Assembly: GCA_964486045.1 (NCBI GenBank) | Contig: CAZALK010000019.1 | Span: forward strand, 28,976-92,975 | Source of the DNA: an uncultured archaeon | Lineage (GTDB): Archaea; Asgardarchaeota; Lokiarchaeia; Sigyniarchaeales; SOKP01 | Length of the DNA: 64,000 nucleotides | Direction of reading: 5' to 3' | Shown: positions 30,741 to 40,475 of the stretch, in pieces | Numbering within the stretch: the first letter of the stretch is position 1 | Layout of the letters: each line of letters starts with the position of its first letter | Made by a program: the position numbers and the translations under genes | The notes under the pieces: model-generated | What the model was told of the DNA's origin: nothing | Databases searched by the model: none | Seen by the model: only the letters and a program-made list of their open reading frames with translations

Positions 30741-31805
30741 TTAATAGATTATTCGGGGATCGATAATTGTGTAAGCAACATCCGCTATGAGCGTTCCTGA
30801 AATTATTAGAATTGTAGAAAATACTAGAAAACCGTTTATTATCAAATAATCACCGGCTTGTATAGCTACTAGGAAATAATACCCCATACCTGAATAATTA
30901 AACGTAACTTCTACGAAAAGAGACCCTAAAAGTGCTGCGGCAGTTCCTCCTATAATAAGATGGCTTGTAGGGAGTATCCCGTTTCGTAGAGCATGTTTAT
31001 TTATTACATCTTTTTCTTTAACACCCTTAGCACGCGCAGTTCTAACATAATCCTGATCCAACACATCTAACATACTAGATCGCATTTGCCGAGTGACACC
31101 AGATAAAGATACAAAGATCATACAAAACACAGGGAGAATCAAATGCAGAAGAGTATCCCACAAATAAATTTGATCATTATATATAATACTATCAATAAAT
31201 CTAAATCCTGTACTAGCTCCTCCAGTAGGAACTGGATTCGCCAAAGAAGGATTGTTTGAAAATACAACTGGAATATAAAATCCACCATAAGAAAAATTTC
31301 TCACCGTAATGCCAATACCTATTTGTACAAGTGAAGCAATATAGAATACTGGAAATCCTGCTCCGAGGATGGCTATACCTCGAATTAGGCTATCCTTTGG
31401 TTTATTTCTATCTTTTGCTGAAGTAACTCCTAATTTAATGGAAATGATAGGAACGATAATAATCGAAAATAGCATTAATTCAATAGTTTTTGGAAAAATT
31501 GTTGCGATAACATGAATTACTTTTTCCCCAGGTAACACAATAAATGATTCACCCCAATCTCCAGTAAAGAAGTTTTTGAGATATATACCAAGTTTTACAT
31601 ACCATGGGTCATACCACCCAATTCTTCTCAATTCTCTTTCAAAAACGTTTCGGTCCATTACACCCGCAAGTTTATTCAATTCGGGACTTACAGACATCAA
31701 ATGAGATAAAATCCAAGTAAAAATTAACACTGCGATTAAAATAGGAAACATCAGTAATATTCGCTTAAAGACATATTTCATCATGTTCCGTGCTTGGCGA
31801 GCCAT
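30741..31805 (-). CDS. dppB: Oligopeptide ABC transporter permease (OppB/DppB)
   Basis: GDWGES, HLILP, RSSMLDVLDQDYVRTARAKG, IIDPRI. Confidence 0.93.
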   Translation of the reverse strand: MARQARNMMKYVFKRILLMFPILIAVLIFTWILSHLMSVSPELNKLAGVMDRNVFERELRRIGWYDPWYVKLGIYLKNFFTGDWGESFIVLPGEKVIHVIATIFPKTIELMLFSIIIVPIISIKLGVTSAKDRNKPKDSLIRGIAILGAGFPVFYIASLVQIGIGITVRNFSYGGFYIPVVFSNNPSLANPVPTGGASTGFRFIDSIIYNDQIYLWDTLLHLILPVFCMIFVSLSGVTRQMRSSMLDVLDQDYVRTARAKGVKEKDVINKHALRNGILPTSHLIIGGTAAALLGSLFVEVTFNYSGMGYYFLVAIQAGDYLIINGFLVFSTILIISGTLIADVAYTIIDPRIIY

Positions 31806-31912
31806 TTTTTTACCCCATTTATGATACAGTTTAAACCATATTTTTATTTTCTGAAATATGGTTTAAGAAAAAAAGAAACTTATTTAACAATTACGGTTTT
31901 TTTTCAAGATAT

Positions 31913-31924
31913 TTACGTTCGTAA
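31913..31924. promoter_or_regulatory. Palindromic operator candidate TTACGTTCGTAA in the divergent dppB/SBP promoter
   Basis: TTACG-TT-CGTAA; identical copy at 35345. Confidence 0.6.
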
Positions 31925-32038
31925 TGCAGTAAATTTGAAAACTTTAAATAGTTAATTGTCGTAACCTTATATTAACTTTACTAAGTAATGATTATTTAGT
32001 AAAAATATCTAAACTAAAAGAATTAAAGCTTTTAATAA

Positions 32039-34495
32039 GTGATAAGGAGAAAAAAAAAAATGAAAAAACTTTCAAAGTATTTAGCTTTTTTCTTATTGAT
32101 ATCTTCGATAATCATGCCAGTTCTTCCGGCCATTGCTGCACCTGTAATTGCAGCACCGATTACGTTTAGAAGTTCATCTTCAGCACAGATTGTTACAGGA
32201 AACTGGGATCCATGGTCAACTGATGGATATAACATTCTAATGACATACCGTGCTTACGCTCTGGAATTTCCTATGTCGGGATATGCTGACTATTGGGGAG
32301 GTCTTAGACCAGGCATCCCAAAAGAGGATGAATGGTGGCCAATCCTCGCTACCAGTTGGGAAACAACATATCGAGTAGGAAGCAATAATTCATTGGGCTT
32401 CAATAACTCTGGTGGAAGAGAAGCAATCACATTCTACCTCAGAGATGGAGTAAAATTCCATGATGGATCAGATTGGAATGCCAGTGTTATGAAATGGAAT
32501 ATCGATAGAGCGTATGTAATCTCAGGTAATTTGACCGGTAATGCAAATGGAATATACGATCAGAGAAATACAGCAAACATCTGGGATCCAGAATCAGATT
32601 GGTCTCAATATTACGACGAAAATTGGAATTTATCTGAATATGATGCCCCAGCTGCAACATCTGCTCCCTGGTCACCACCCGACCCAACTAGATATTCATA
32701 TTACTATCTTAGCGATCCTGACGGAGTTAGCCCAATAATTGCTAACAATTCTAACCCATACGGAGGTTGGGATTCTGTTGCACTTAATTTTATACATTGG
32801 GCTCCATATGATCAGATTCCGATGGTCAGATGGGTAGAAATAATCGATCCTACCGGACCTGATGGGGTTTCAGGCGGAACAGTCAAAGTTCATTGGAACA
32901 GTTATAACACCTATGGAATGGAAGGAGCTGTATGGACTCAAATGATGTCAATGGCGGCTTATGAGGCTGATTATTCTGACACAGCTATTTATGGGTATGC
33001 CAACGGCAATGATTTGATTGGTACTGGACCGTATAAATATGTTGAACATGATGAATTAGCAGATCGAGGTGTAATGGTAAAATTTGAAGATTATTGGAAC
33101 AGAACAGCCCTTGAAGCTGATGGTTGGTATGATGTCGAGCGATACGAGCTTGCTCAATTCGCACCAGGTGATTTAGGGAAAGATGCGCGAAATGCCGCAT
33201 TGCTTACTCACGAGATAGATTATGCCTATGATTCAATGACAATGCCTATCGATTACGCTGCTGTAATGGCTGACCCTAACATTAACTATTTTGAAGATTA
33301 CGTCTCAGAATATCAAACACAGATCACATTGAATTCTATCAATGAAACATTTTGGGGTGGTGGAAAGAATATCGGCTGGCCTGATTGGTGGCTAACTAAT
33401 TTTTCATATGTTGACCCTTATATTTTAAGTGTCTATTATGCCCAAGAGCAAGGAACCCCAAAAGCGCAAGGAATACCTATTGCCCTTCGCGAAGCACTTA
33501 CGTATGCATTTGATTATGACACAATGATAGATGTCGATTTGAGAGGTAGGGCAGTTCGAGGAACCGGCTTGGTAGGTGCAGCTAATATATTTAAAAATGA
33601 TAGTATAAATCTACCAACAACGAATCTCACCCATGCCCGACTAGCTTTACTTAACCAAAATGGCTCAGATCCACGTTCATTAACGCATGAATGGTGGCCT
33701 ATTAATTTTACAAAACGTTTGGAAGATGAAGGGTTGACCATCGCAAGTTCTGACACAGCCTGGAAAGCCACTGCAGCCTCGAATCCTATATTTACAGTTA
33801 ACTTTTACTGGGATCAACAACATCAAGAGTTAGCAGATCAATTCGAATTGGCTTGTAATCTGCTTGGAGTCGCTATAGTACAAGACGCAGATAATAAGGT
33901 TCCAGCCGGTACCAGTATTTGGAGTCACGCAGTGAGTTCTTATTGGACGAAAACTCTCGATGGAGTATCTTCGATTTGGTCGGCATCGGCTTGGGTTATG
34001 GATTATCACATGCCTATGACTATTCCAGAAGGATGGATCGCTGCAAATTATGGAGATCCCAATAAAGGGTCTTGGCGCAATTGGCCAGGGACTGTAACAG
34101 AATGGTGGCCAACATGGAACTTCGGATTTTCCTATGATACGGATATTGATAACTGGTTAGCTGTTATGTACATGTCAGAACCAATTCGTAAGAAAGAATA
34201 TATCGGTAAGATCGCTAACAAAGAGCAGAACGAGTTATTTCCGATGATCTATGCGTACCAGACTAAAGGTGGAGAAGCCATGTGGGCTAACTGGGATACG
34301 TGGTGGGTACTTGATAGGGATAATAGACCTGCTGGTCACTGGGGAGGTATCTCAGCGCAATTCCTGAGTTACACTCCAGGTGCTGGTGAGTTTCCTCTAA
34401 TTCCAGGCGCTCCATTACTTCTTACATTGACATTTACTGCAGCTTCGATGCTTGGTATTATCTATACTATAATGAGAAAAAAGAAACGTAATTAG
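32039..34495 (+). CDS. ABC transporter substrate-binding protein (family 5) with signal peptide and C-terminal IPG-TM-basic anchor
   Basis: LRDGVKFHDGSDWNA, IGTGPYK, LREALTYAFD; C-terminal LIPG+TM+RKKKRN; many NxS/T sequons. Confidence 0.92.
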   Translation: MIRRKKKMKKLSKYLAFFLLISSIIMPVLPAIAAPVIAAPITFRSSSSAQIVTGNWDPWSTDGYNILMTYRAYALEFPMSGYADYWGGLRPGIPKEDEWWPILATSWETTYRVGSNNSLGFNNSGGREAITFYLRDGVKFHDGSDWNASVMKWNIDRAYVISGNLTGNANGIYDQRNTANIWDPESDWSQYYDENWNLSEYDAPAATSAPWSPPDPTRYSYYYLSDPDGVSPIIANNSNPYGGWDSVALNFIHWAPYDQIPMVRWVEIIDPTGPDGVSGGTVKVHWNSYNTYGMEGAVWTQMMSMAAYEADYSDTAIYGYANGNDLIGTGPYKYVEHDELADRGVMVKFEDYWNRTALEADGWYDVERYELAQFAPGDLGKDARNAALLTHEIDYAYDSMTMPIDYAAVMADPNINYFEDYVSEYQTQITLNSINETFWGGGKNIGWPDWWLTNFSYVDPYILSVYYAQEQGTPKAQGIPIALREALTYAFDYDTMIDVDLRGRAVRGTGLVGAANIFKNDSINLPTTNLTHARLALLNQNGSDPRSLTHEWWPINFTKRLEDEGLTIASSDTAWKATAASNPIFTVNFYWDQQHQELADQFELACNLLGVAIVQDADNKVPAGTSIWSHAVSSYWTKTLDGVSSIWSASAWVMDYHMPMTIPEGWIAANYGDPNKGSWRNWPGTVTEWWPTWNFGFSYDTDIDNWLAVMYMSEPIRKKEYIGKIANKEQNELFPMIYAYQTKGGEAMWANWDTWWVLDRDNRPAGHWGGISAQFLSYTPGAGEFPLIPGAPLLLTLTFTAASMLGIIYTIMRKKKRN

Positions 34496-34721
34496 TAATT
34501 TAAAGGCAAAACAATTTTAAAATTAAATTTTATCTTTTTTTTTTTACTTTTTTTTGAAGGACTCTGAAATCTCAAGCTTTAATTTGTTGTGTAATAAACT
34601 AAAGATGTAGGATTTAGACCATTGATGGTGTGTGATATGTTAAAACATTTACAAAAATAGTTAATATATTTATGTTAATAAATTCTATTCCCTTGTGGTT
34701 TTATTCTAAAGATAAAATCAA

Positions 34722-35237
34722 TTATATCACTTTTTTCGCTAGCACGAATTGTTTAGTTTTCATTCCACAAACTGCTCCAGAAATAGCTACACCAAATATA
34801 ATTATTATATCCAAATACCCCTCGATACGGGTAAATTTTAGGATAATAGGTTCGCTACTAAATCCAAACATTATCGCATAGAATATGAATCCTTCTGCGA
34901 TAACTAAGGGTACTAACCAAATTGAAGCTTTAATTCCATAGTGAGGAATATCTTCTTTATAAGTCAATAAAAAGCACACAAAAAATAACAATAAGGCAGG
35001 TAGAAAGAAGTTTCTAATATAGGTGGTATACGTCCAAAAGAGGATGGTTTTATCCATATCCACAAAAGAAATCCAATCACCTAATGAATCAGTCATCATA
35101 GTATTCGCTATTATTCCGTAATACCCCAAGAGAACAACAATGTAAGCCAATATTACACCCCCTTGTCTTCCCCAATCTATTTTAATATGTCCCTTTTCAT
35201 TCCCAGTGTTCAATTCGATTTGACTGTCCGCGTCCAT
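34722..35237 (-). CDS. 4-TM membrane protein of unknown function
   Basis: Hydrophobic 171-aa ORF. Confidence 0.8.
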   Translation of the reverse strand: MDADSQIELNTGNEKGHIKIDWGRQGGVILAYIVVLLGYYGIIANTMMTDSLGDWISFVDMDKTILFWTYTTYIRNFFLPALLLFFVCFLLTYKEDIPHYGIKASIWLVPLVIAEGFIFYAIMFGFSSEPIILKFTRIEGYLDIIIIFGVAISGAVCGMKTKQFVLAKKVI

Positions 35238-35344
35238 AAAGCAAAAACACCTATTTTGGTATTAATTAAAACAATAAATTTAACTTGTAAAATTATTATA
35301 GAAATTTAAATTCTTTTCATTTCTGATGATAAGTAACCTATTTT

Positions 35345-35356
35345 TTACGTTCGTAA
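35345..35356. promoter_or_regulatory. Palindromic operator candidate TTACGTTCGTAA
   Basis: Extends to TTTTACG-TT-CGTAAAA; upstream of 34722..35237(-). Confidence 0.6.
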
Positions 35357-35368
35357 AATTATCAAATT

Positions 35369-37177
35369 TTATTTTAAGAAATCATGTGTTTGAGTATCCC
35401 AAGTAGAATTTCTCGATTTTCCACTATCCCACTCTTCTTTCAGAAACCTCTTAAGCAATGTAGTATTGTGGACATTTGGTAATTCTTCTTTAAATTCGAT
35501 GAACCTTGGTACATGAAAATAGGCTAGATTATGATACAAGTGATCACTGAGTTCTCTATGAGTTATAGAACTATTTTTCACTTTAACAGCAACAATTTTG
35601 AAATCAATCTTTGAAACATTTCCATTAGAAATAGGAATAACAGAAGTTTCAATAATATTTGGGTGAGACTTTGCCATTCGCTCAATATCTCTGGTAAAAA
35701 TCGTATCATTGCCTTTTTGTATAACTTCTGTTCTTTTTCCTTTGAAATAGATGTATCCCTCATAATCTTTATAACCGAAATCGCCTGAATTAACCCAATT
35801 ATTCTCTCCTATTGTAACATCTTCATTTTCTGGTTTTTTATAGTATTCAAATACAGCCCCTGATTTTCTTCGAACAATTATTTCCCCAATATTATTAGGA
35901 CCAGGAGGTAACTCATTTCCTTCTGAATCTACAATTTTCAATTCGATGAAATCTAATGGTTTTCCAATTGAACCGATTTTGCCACCTTTAGATCCGATTT
36001 TATTCATTGTTATGCCAATCCCTTCATAATGCGACCAACACTCGTATAAAAAAATACCAAACCTTTTTTCAAATGCATTCCACAAATCTATTTCTGTCCC
36101 AAATCCAAAGGCGAATTTGATAGAATGAACGCGGTCATTTACTTTAGCTCTTTTATCCAATAGATCTGTTAAATAACCTCCAAAATAACAAAAACAAGTA
36201 GGTTCATATTTTTTAATTTCTTTCCAAAAAGTTGAAGGATTAAAAGCTTCTGTGATTATTATTGATTTATTATAAAATAGTGAGGGTATTATTGCAAAAA
36301 TATGGGTAACCCCATGAGACAATGGTAATGGGCAATAAATTTTTGCTATTTCATTTAAACCTATTTTATTTAATTCAAATCCTATTGTTATACCAGCTAA
36401 AACAACATTCCTATACAAAACTCCTTTGGGTTTTCCAGTGCCACCTGAAGTATATAGTATTTCAATAGGATCGTCATTATATATATTAATATTAGGATTT
36501 TTTACATTTGAAGTAAAAATCACCTGAAAGTTTTTGTATTTATTATTAAAATTGAAATCTGAAGGTGCATTTCGAATCAAAATTTTCTTTATTTTATGTA
36601 GTCTGTTTTCAATCTTCTCAAAATTTGCTAGAAATTCATAATCCAAAATTAAAATTTCAGTATCACTGTCATCCAGTATATGTTCTAATTCATATTTTTC
36701 CAATGAGTTATCAAGAGGTACAAAAATACCTCCTGCTTTAGCTATACCAAACCAAGTAAAAATGAAATCTGGGCAGTTATTCATCAGCAATGATACTATT
36801 GGCTTTTTTAAATCCAATTCACCCATTAATTCTAAAATCCCATGTGCAACTCTATTTGAACTTTTATTTATCTCTTGATATGAATAAACTTCATCCTTAA
36901 AGTAAAGGAATGGTTGATGTTTATTTTCTACAGCCTTAATTTCTAATAATTTTGGAAGTGTCGCATTTTCAATACCAAATTCTCTTAGGATTTTAGAACG
37001 ATCGTCATTTCTGCTTATTATCAAAGATTCATCTTCTATTTCAATTATTACTTCTTCATCATCATGAAATGGAAATAAACCGTCTTTATAGACCTTGCTT
37101 GGAATGTAGATCCAAGCACTTTTATAACCACCATTACCAGATTTTTTAGTAGTAATTTTTCCCTTGGCTTCTCTCAA
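35369..37177 (-). CDS. AbrB/SpoVT-like domain fused to a degenerate CaiC-like acyl-CoA ligase
   Basis: N-terminal KSAWIYIPSKVYKD..FPFHDDEEVIIEIEDESLII; YTSGGTGKPKGV, SGDFG, VPRFIEF. Confidence 0.8.
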   Translation of the reverse strand: MREAKGKITTKKSGNGGYKSAWIYIPSKVYKDGLFPFHDDEEVIIEIEDESLIISRNDDRSKILREFGIENATLPKLLEIKAVENKHQPFLYFKDEVYSYQEINKSSNRVAHGILELMGELDLKKPIVSLLMNNCPDFIFTWFGIAKAGGIFVPLDNSLEKYELEHILDDSDTEILILDYEFLANFEKIENRLHKIKKILIRNAPSDFNFNNKYKNFQVIFTSNVKNPNINIYNDDPIEILYTSGGTGKPKGVLYRNVVLAGITIGFELNKIGLNEIAKIYCPLPLSHGVTHIFAIIPSLFYNKSIIITEAFNPSTFWKEIKKYEPTCFCYFGGYLTDLLDKRAKVNDRVHSIKFAFGFGTEIDLWNAFEKRFGIFLYECWSHYEGIGITMNKIGSKGGKIGSIGKPLDFIELKIVDSEGNELPPGPNNIGEIIVRRKSGAVFEYYKKPENEDVTIGENNWVNSGDFGYKDYEGYIYFKGKRTEVIQKGNDTIFTRDIERMAKSHPNIIETSVIPISNGNVSKIDFKIVAVKVKNSSITHRELSDHLYHNLAYFHVPRFIEFKEELPNVHNTTLLKRFLKEEWDSGKSRNSTWDTQTHDFLK

Positions 37178-37214
37178 ATGATCACAACTTTGTCTTTTTT
37201 TAAGAAAGACATCT

Positions 37215-37226
37215 TTACTACCGTAA
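37215..37226. promoter_or_regulatory. Operator candidate TTACTACCGTAA upstream of the AbrB-ligase gene
   Basis: TTAC-N4-GTAA, 9/12 identical to the 31913/35345 sites, about 38 bp before the start. Confidence 0.45.
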
Positions 37227-37415
37227 TTTTATTGAGTAATAATAATAGCTTTAAAATCTTTTCCATTGTTTTGAATTATATATCAACAAAATTTGACACA
37301 AGTTTGTATTAATGTTCGAGATATCATAACGAACTTAAAACTAATACAAAAACTATGGTTTTTAATTAAAAAAAGATGACATTAAATAATTTATGAATAA
37401 ACTGGGGTTCAAAAA

Positions 37416-38066
37416 TCATAGTTTTTTACCAATGGCAATTCCCTCATGAATTGCTTCTAACATCCTTCGAGCCTGTGAACAATCTCCTATCGAATGTATA
37501 TTTGGAAGCTTCTCTTTTAACGTATTGAGTAATTTAATATTAGGTTCCATACCTACAGCTACACCCTTATATCCTGCTTCAGCGCATAGTCTTGCTGAAT
37601 CTCCAAATTTTTTAACTAACTCTTCCACTTCCTCAGTGGTTAATTCTCTTGGCATTTCACCTCTTCCATTAAAACCCGGAAGAGGGGAAGGTGCTACATG
37701 TTGCATTCCTGTCAAGCCTGAATGACAGTATCTACCTTCATTAGATAATTCCATAACCGCAACAGACCCATTATTGTTAATTGAATCTGATAATTTCTGT
37801 AACCCTTGTAAGTACTTGTCGTCATCAGTAGCAATCATACCTTTACCTGCCGTACTTCTAACAGAATAATCTACAATGGCCAATTCTATTCAGATAAAAC
37901 CTGCGCCTCCTTTAGCTCTTTCTGCATAATAATCTACATATTTGTCAGTAACCTATCCATCGTGGCCAAATCTTGAATTCATAAGCGCCATCATTATTCT
38001 ATTGCTAATTTCCACATCTCCAATCGTAATTGGTTGGATTAAATATTTTACATCCTCTGAAATCAT
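37416..38066 (-). pseudogene. NADH:flavin oxidoreductase (OYE / 2,4-dienoyl-CoA reductase type) pseudogene
   Basis: MISEDVKYLIQPITIGDVEISNRIMMA..DG*VTDKYVDYYAERAKGGAGFI*IE (stops at 37953-55 and 37890-92); barrel joins directly at GYKGV to the terminal AVGMEPN..IGDC..AIHEG. Confidence 0.9.
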
Positions 38067-38204
38067 AATTTTACTTACATTTATGTTTTATTTACAGATT
38101 TCAATGTTAATTTTATTAAAGATTTCTAATAATTATTATTATACGTTTTTCATTATTTTTACTAATATTTAATAATTCATTTTGAAAAATTTAGATTGTT
38201 GTGA

Positions 38205-40475
38205 TTGTACATGGCAAAAAGCGAAGATGTTAAGCTTATAAGGACTGTATGTCCAGCTCATTGTGGAATTGATGGCTGTGGAATAATTGCTCACTTAAAA
38301 GGAGATCATATAGTTAAATTGGAACCTGCTGATTTTCCAAACGAAAAAGATCGAAGGATATGTCTCAGAGGGTTAACCAGTTTAGAGATTACTTATCACT
38401 CAGATCGTATTCAATATCCAATGAAACGAATAGGTGAAAGAGGTGAAGGGAAATTTGAAAGAATATCATGGGAAGAAGCGTATGATTTAATTGTTTCTAA
38501 GTTTAAATCTATATCTGAAAAATATGGATGGAAATCGATTGGATGGGTTTTAGGCGGTCCTGGGGCAGGGACCACAAAATTTGGTGCATACCTTAGATTA
38601 GCTAGCTTAACTCAAAGTACACGTGTGAGTGCGTGGGGATATGGGGATGCGGGGTTACCTTGCGGAAGTAGGATAATTTTAGGGCATCAATTTCCTTATT
38701 TGTATTTACATGGGGAATTTTGGCAAAGAAAATATCCTGAATTACTTGTAATATGGGGTACGAACCCTGCTGAATCAATGCCTTTACAAAATATGAGAAA
38801 GGTCTTGGATGCCAAAGAATATGGAACTCAAGTGATAGTCATAGATCCTCGATTCACAGTTACTGCATCAAAAGCAGATGAATATATCGGATTAAAACCT
38901 GCTACAGATAGTGCGTTAGCACTAGGAATTATGAATGTTATATTTCAAAATAATTTATATGATAGAACTTTTATCTTAGAACATACAAATTGTCCCTATC
39001 TAGTGAGAATTGATACTGGAAAGATGTTACGGGGAAAAGAGATTGATGCTCAAAAGGCAGATGCATATGTGATATGGCATGAACCTTCTAACTCTCATAA
39101 AACCCTATCTCGGACAAACGTTAAGGAAGCGAATCTTACCGGAACTTACAACATAAACGGAATTGAATGTAAAACAGTGTTTCAGTTATTAATGGACTTA
39201 GCAGGTGAATATACTCCAGAAATAACTGAAAAAATTACAGGAGTAGATAAAGAACTTATCATTAAACTAGGAAAAAGAATAGGTAATTCAAAAAAAATTA
39301 ATTTCTTAACTCATATGGGTTTCACGAGAACTTATCATGGAGATATTTCTCTGAGAGGTGTAATTTCTGTAGCTGCAATTACTGGAAATATAACTACATC
39401 AGTAAGTTCTGGTAATATCCCCGGTATTCTAAATTGGAATCCGTTCTTGAAGGCAATTCCCGACAAGCCTAGCTTTCATAGAATGGGTATTCTCAATCTT
39501 TATGATGCGGTGATTTCTGGGAATCCATATCCTATTAAGGCTCTTTGGTTTGCTTTCATCAATTTTTTGAACCAATGCGCTAACTCTAACAAAATTATTG
39601 AAAAATTTTACCCTAGTGTAGAGTTTATTGTACAAACTGAACTATTTATGACTCCTTCTGCGCGATACGCTGATTTATTGCTTCCAGTGTGCAGTTTCTT
39701 AGAATTTTCAGATTTTATAGCTCAGCCCTATCCGTATGCCCAACTTCAACAGAAAGTAATTGAACCATTATATGAATCTAAATCTGATGTTACTATTGTT
39801 GCTGAGCTTGCTCAACGTCTTGGATACGGGGAATATTTTAAGGGTGGAGAAGAGGGGATGATAGACATTATTATGAAAACTCGCTCTTTTGAAGGAACAT
39901 CTCGGGAAAAGTTAAAATCTCAAGCATATATGTTACCACCACTTCCAGAAGGGGCTACATTTCCTATGAATTTCAGAACACCTTCGGGAAAAATCGAATT
40001 ATATGCAGAGCAGTTAGTAGAAGATGGAGAGGCCCTTCCGGTTTATTTGCCACCAATAGAAGCTCCAATTACTTCAGGTAAAATGAAATATCCTTTAACT
40101 CTAGTCAATGGTCATACTCGATTTCGTACACATTCCATGTTTGCGAATGTGAAATCTTTATTAAACTTGAATCCTGAACCTATTGTTGACATTAATCCAT
40201 TTGATGCTGAAAAACGAAATATATCTAATGATGATAAAGTTACTGTTTTTAATGATCGAGCTCGAACTACACTTCGGGCTAGAATTACTGAGGGAATCCG
40301 ACCGGGAGTACTTAATATTACTGAAGGTTGGTGGATAGAACAGTTTGAAGAGGGAAGCTTAAATCACCTTACTCACGATATCATTAATCCAGTGCAAGAT
40401 AAAGTCTATGAACCAAATATGCATATGAATGATGTTGCAGTTGAAATCACTAAGAATGAGGGTGCAAAAAAATGA
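38205..40475 (+). CDS. Molybdopterin (DMSO reductase family) oxidoreductase catalytic subunit, no Tat signal
   Basis: CPAHCGIDGC..CLRG FeS motif, WGTNPAES, VIDPRFT, ADLLLP, TPSGKIE, RTHSMF. Confidence 0.93.
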   Translation: MYMAKSEDVKLIRTVCPAHCGIDGCGIIAHLKGDHIVKLEPADFPNEKDRRICLRGLTSLEITYHSDRIQYPMKRIGERGEGKFERISWEEAYDLIVSKFKSISEKYGWKSIGWVLGGPGAGTTKFGAYLRLASLTQSTRVSAWGYGDAGLPCGSRIILGHQFPYLYLHGEFWQRKYPELLVIWGTNPAESMPLQNMRKVLDAKEYGTQVIVIDPRFTVTASKADEYIGLKPATDSALALGIMNVIFQNNLYDRTFILEHTNCPYLVRIDTGKMLRGKEIDAQKADAYVIWHEPSNSHKTLSRTNVKEANLTGTYNINGIECKTVFQLLMDLAGEYTPEITEKITGVDKELIIKLGKRIGNSKKINFLTHMGFTRTYHGDISLRGVISVAAITGNITTSVSSGNIPGILNWNPFLKAIPDKPSFHRMGILNLYDAVISGNPYPIKALWFAFINFLNQCANSNKIIEKFYPSVEFIVQTELFMTPSARYADLLLPVCSFLEFSDFIAQPYPYAQLQQKVIEPLYESKSDVTIVAELAQRLGYGEYFKGGEEGMIDIIMKTRSFEGTSREKLKSQAYMLPPLPEGATFPMNFRTPSGKIELYAEQLVEDGEALPVYLPPIEAPITSGKMKYPLTLVNGHTRFRTHSMFANVKSLLNLNPEPIVDINPFDAEKRNISNDDKVTVFNDRARTTLRARITEGIRPGVLNITEGWWIEQFEEGSLNHLTHDIINPVQDKVYEPNMHMNDVAVEITKNEGAKK

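Noticed and set aside
37890-37955. In-frame TGA/TAG as selenocysteine or pyrrolysine recoding in the OYE gene
   Set aside because: Two different stops at non-catalytic positions plus a large internal deletion indicate decay; no SECIS-like hairpin recognised
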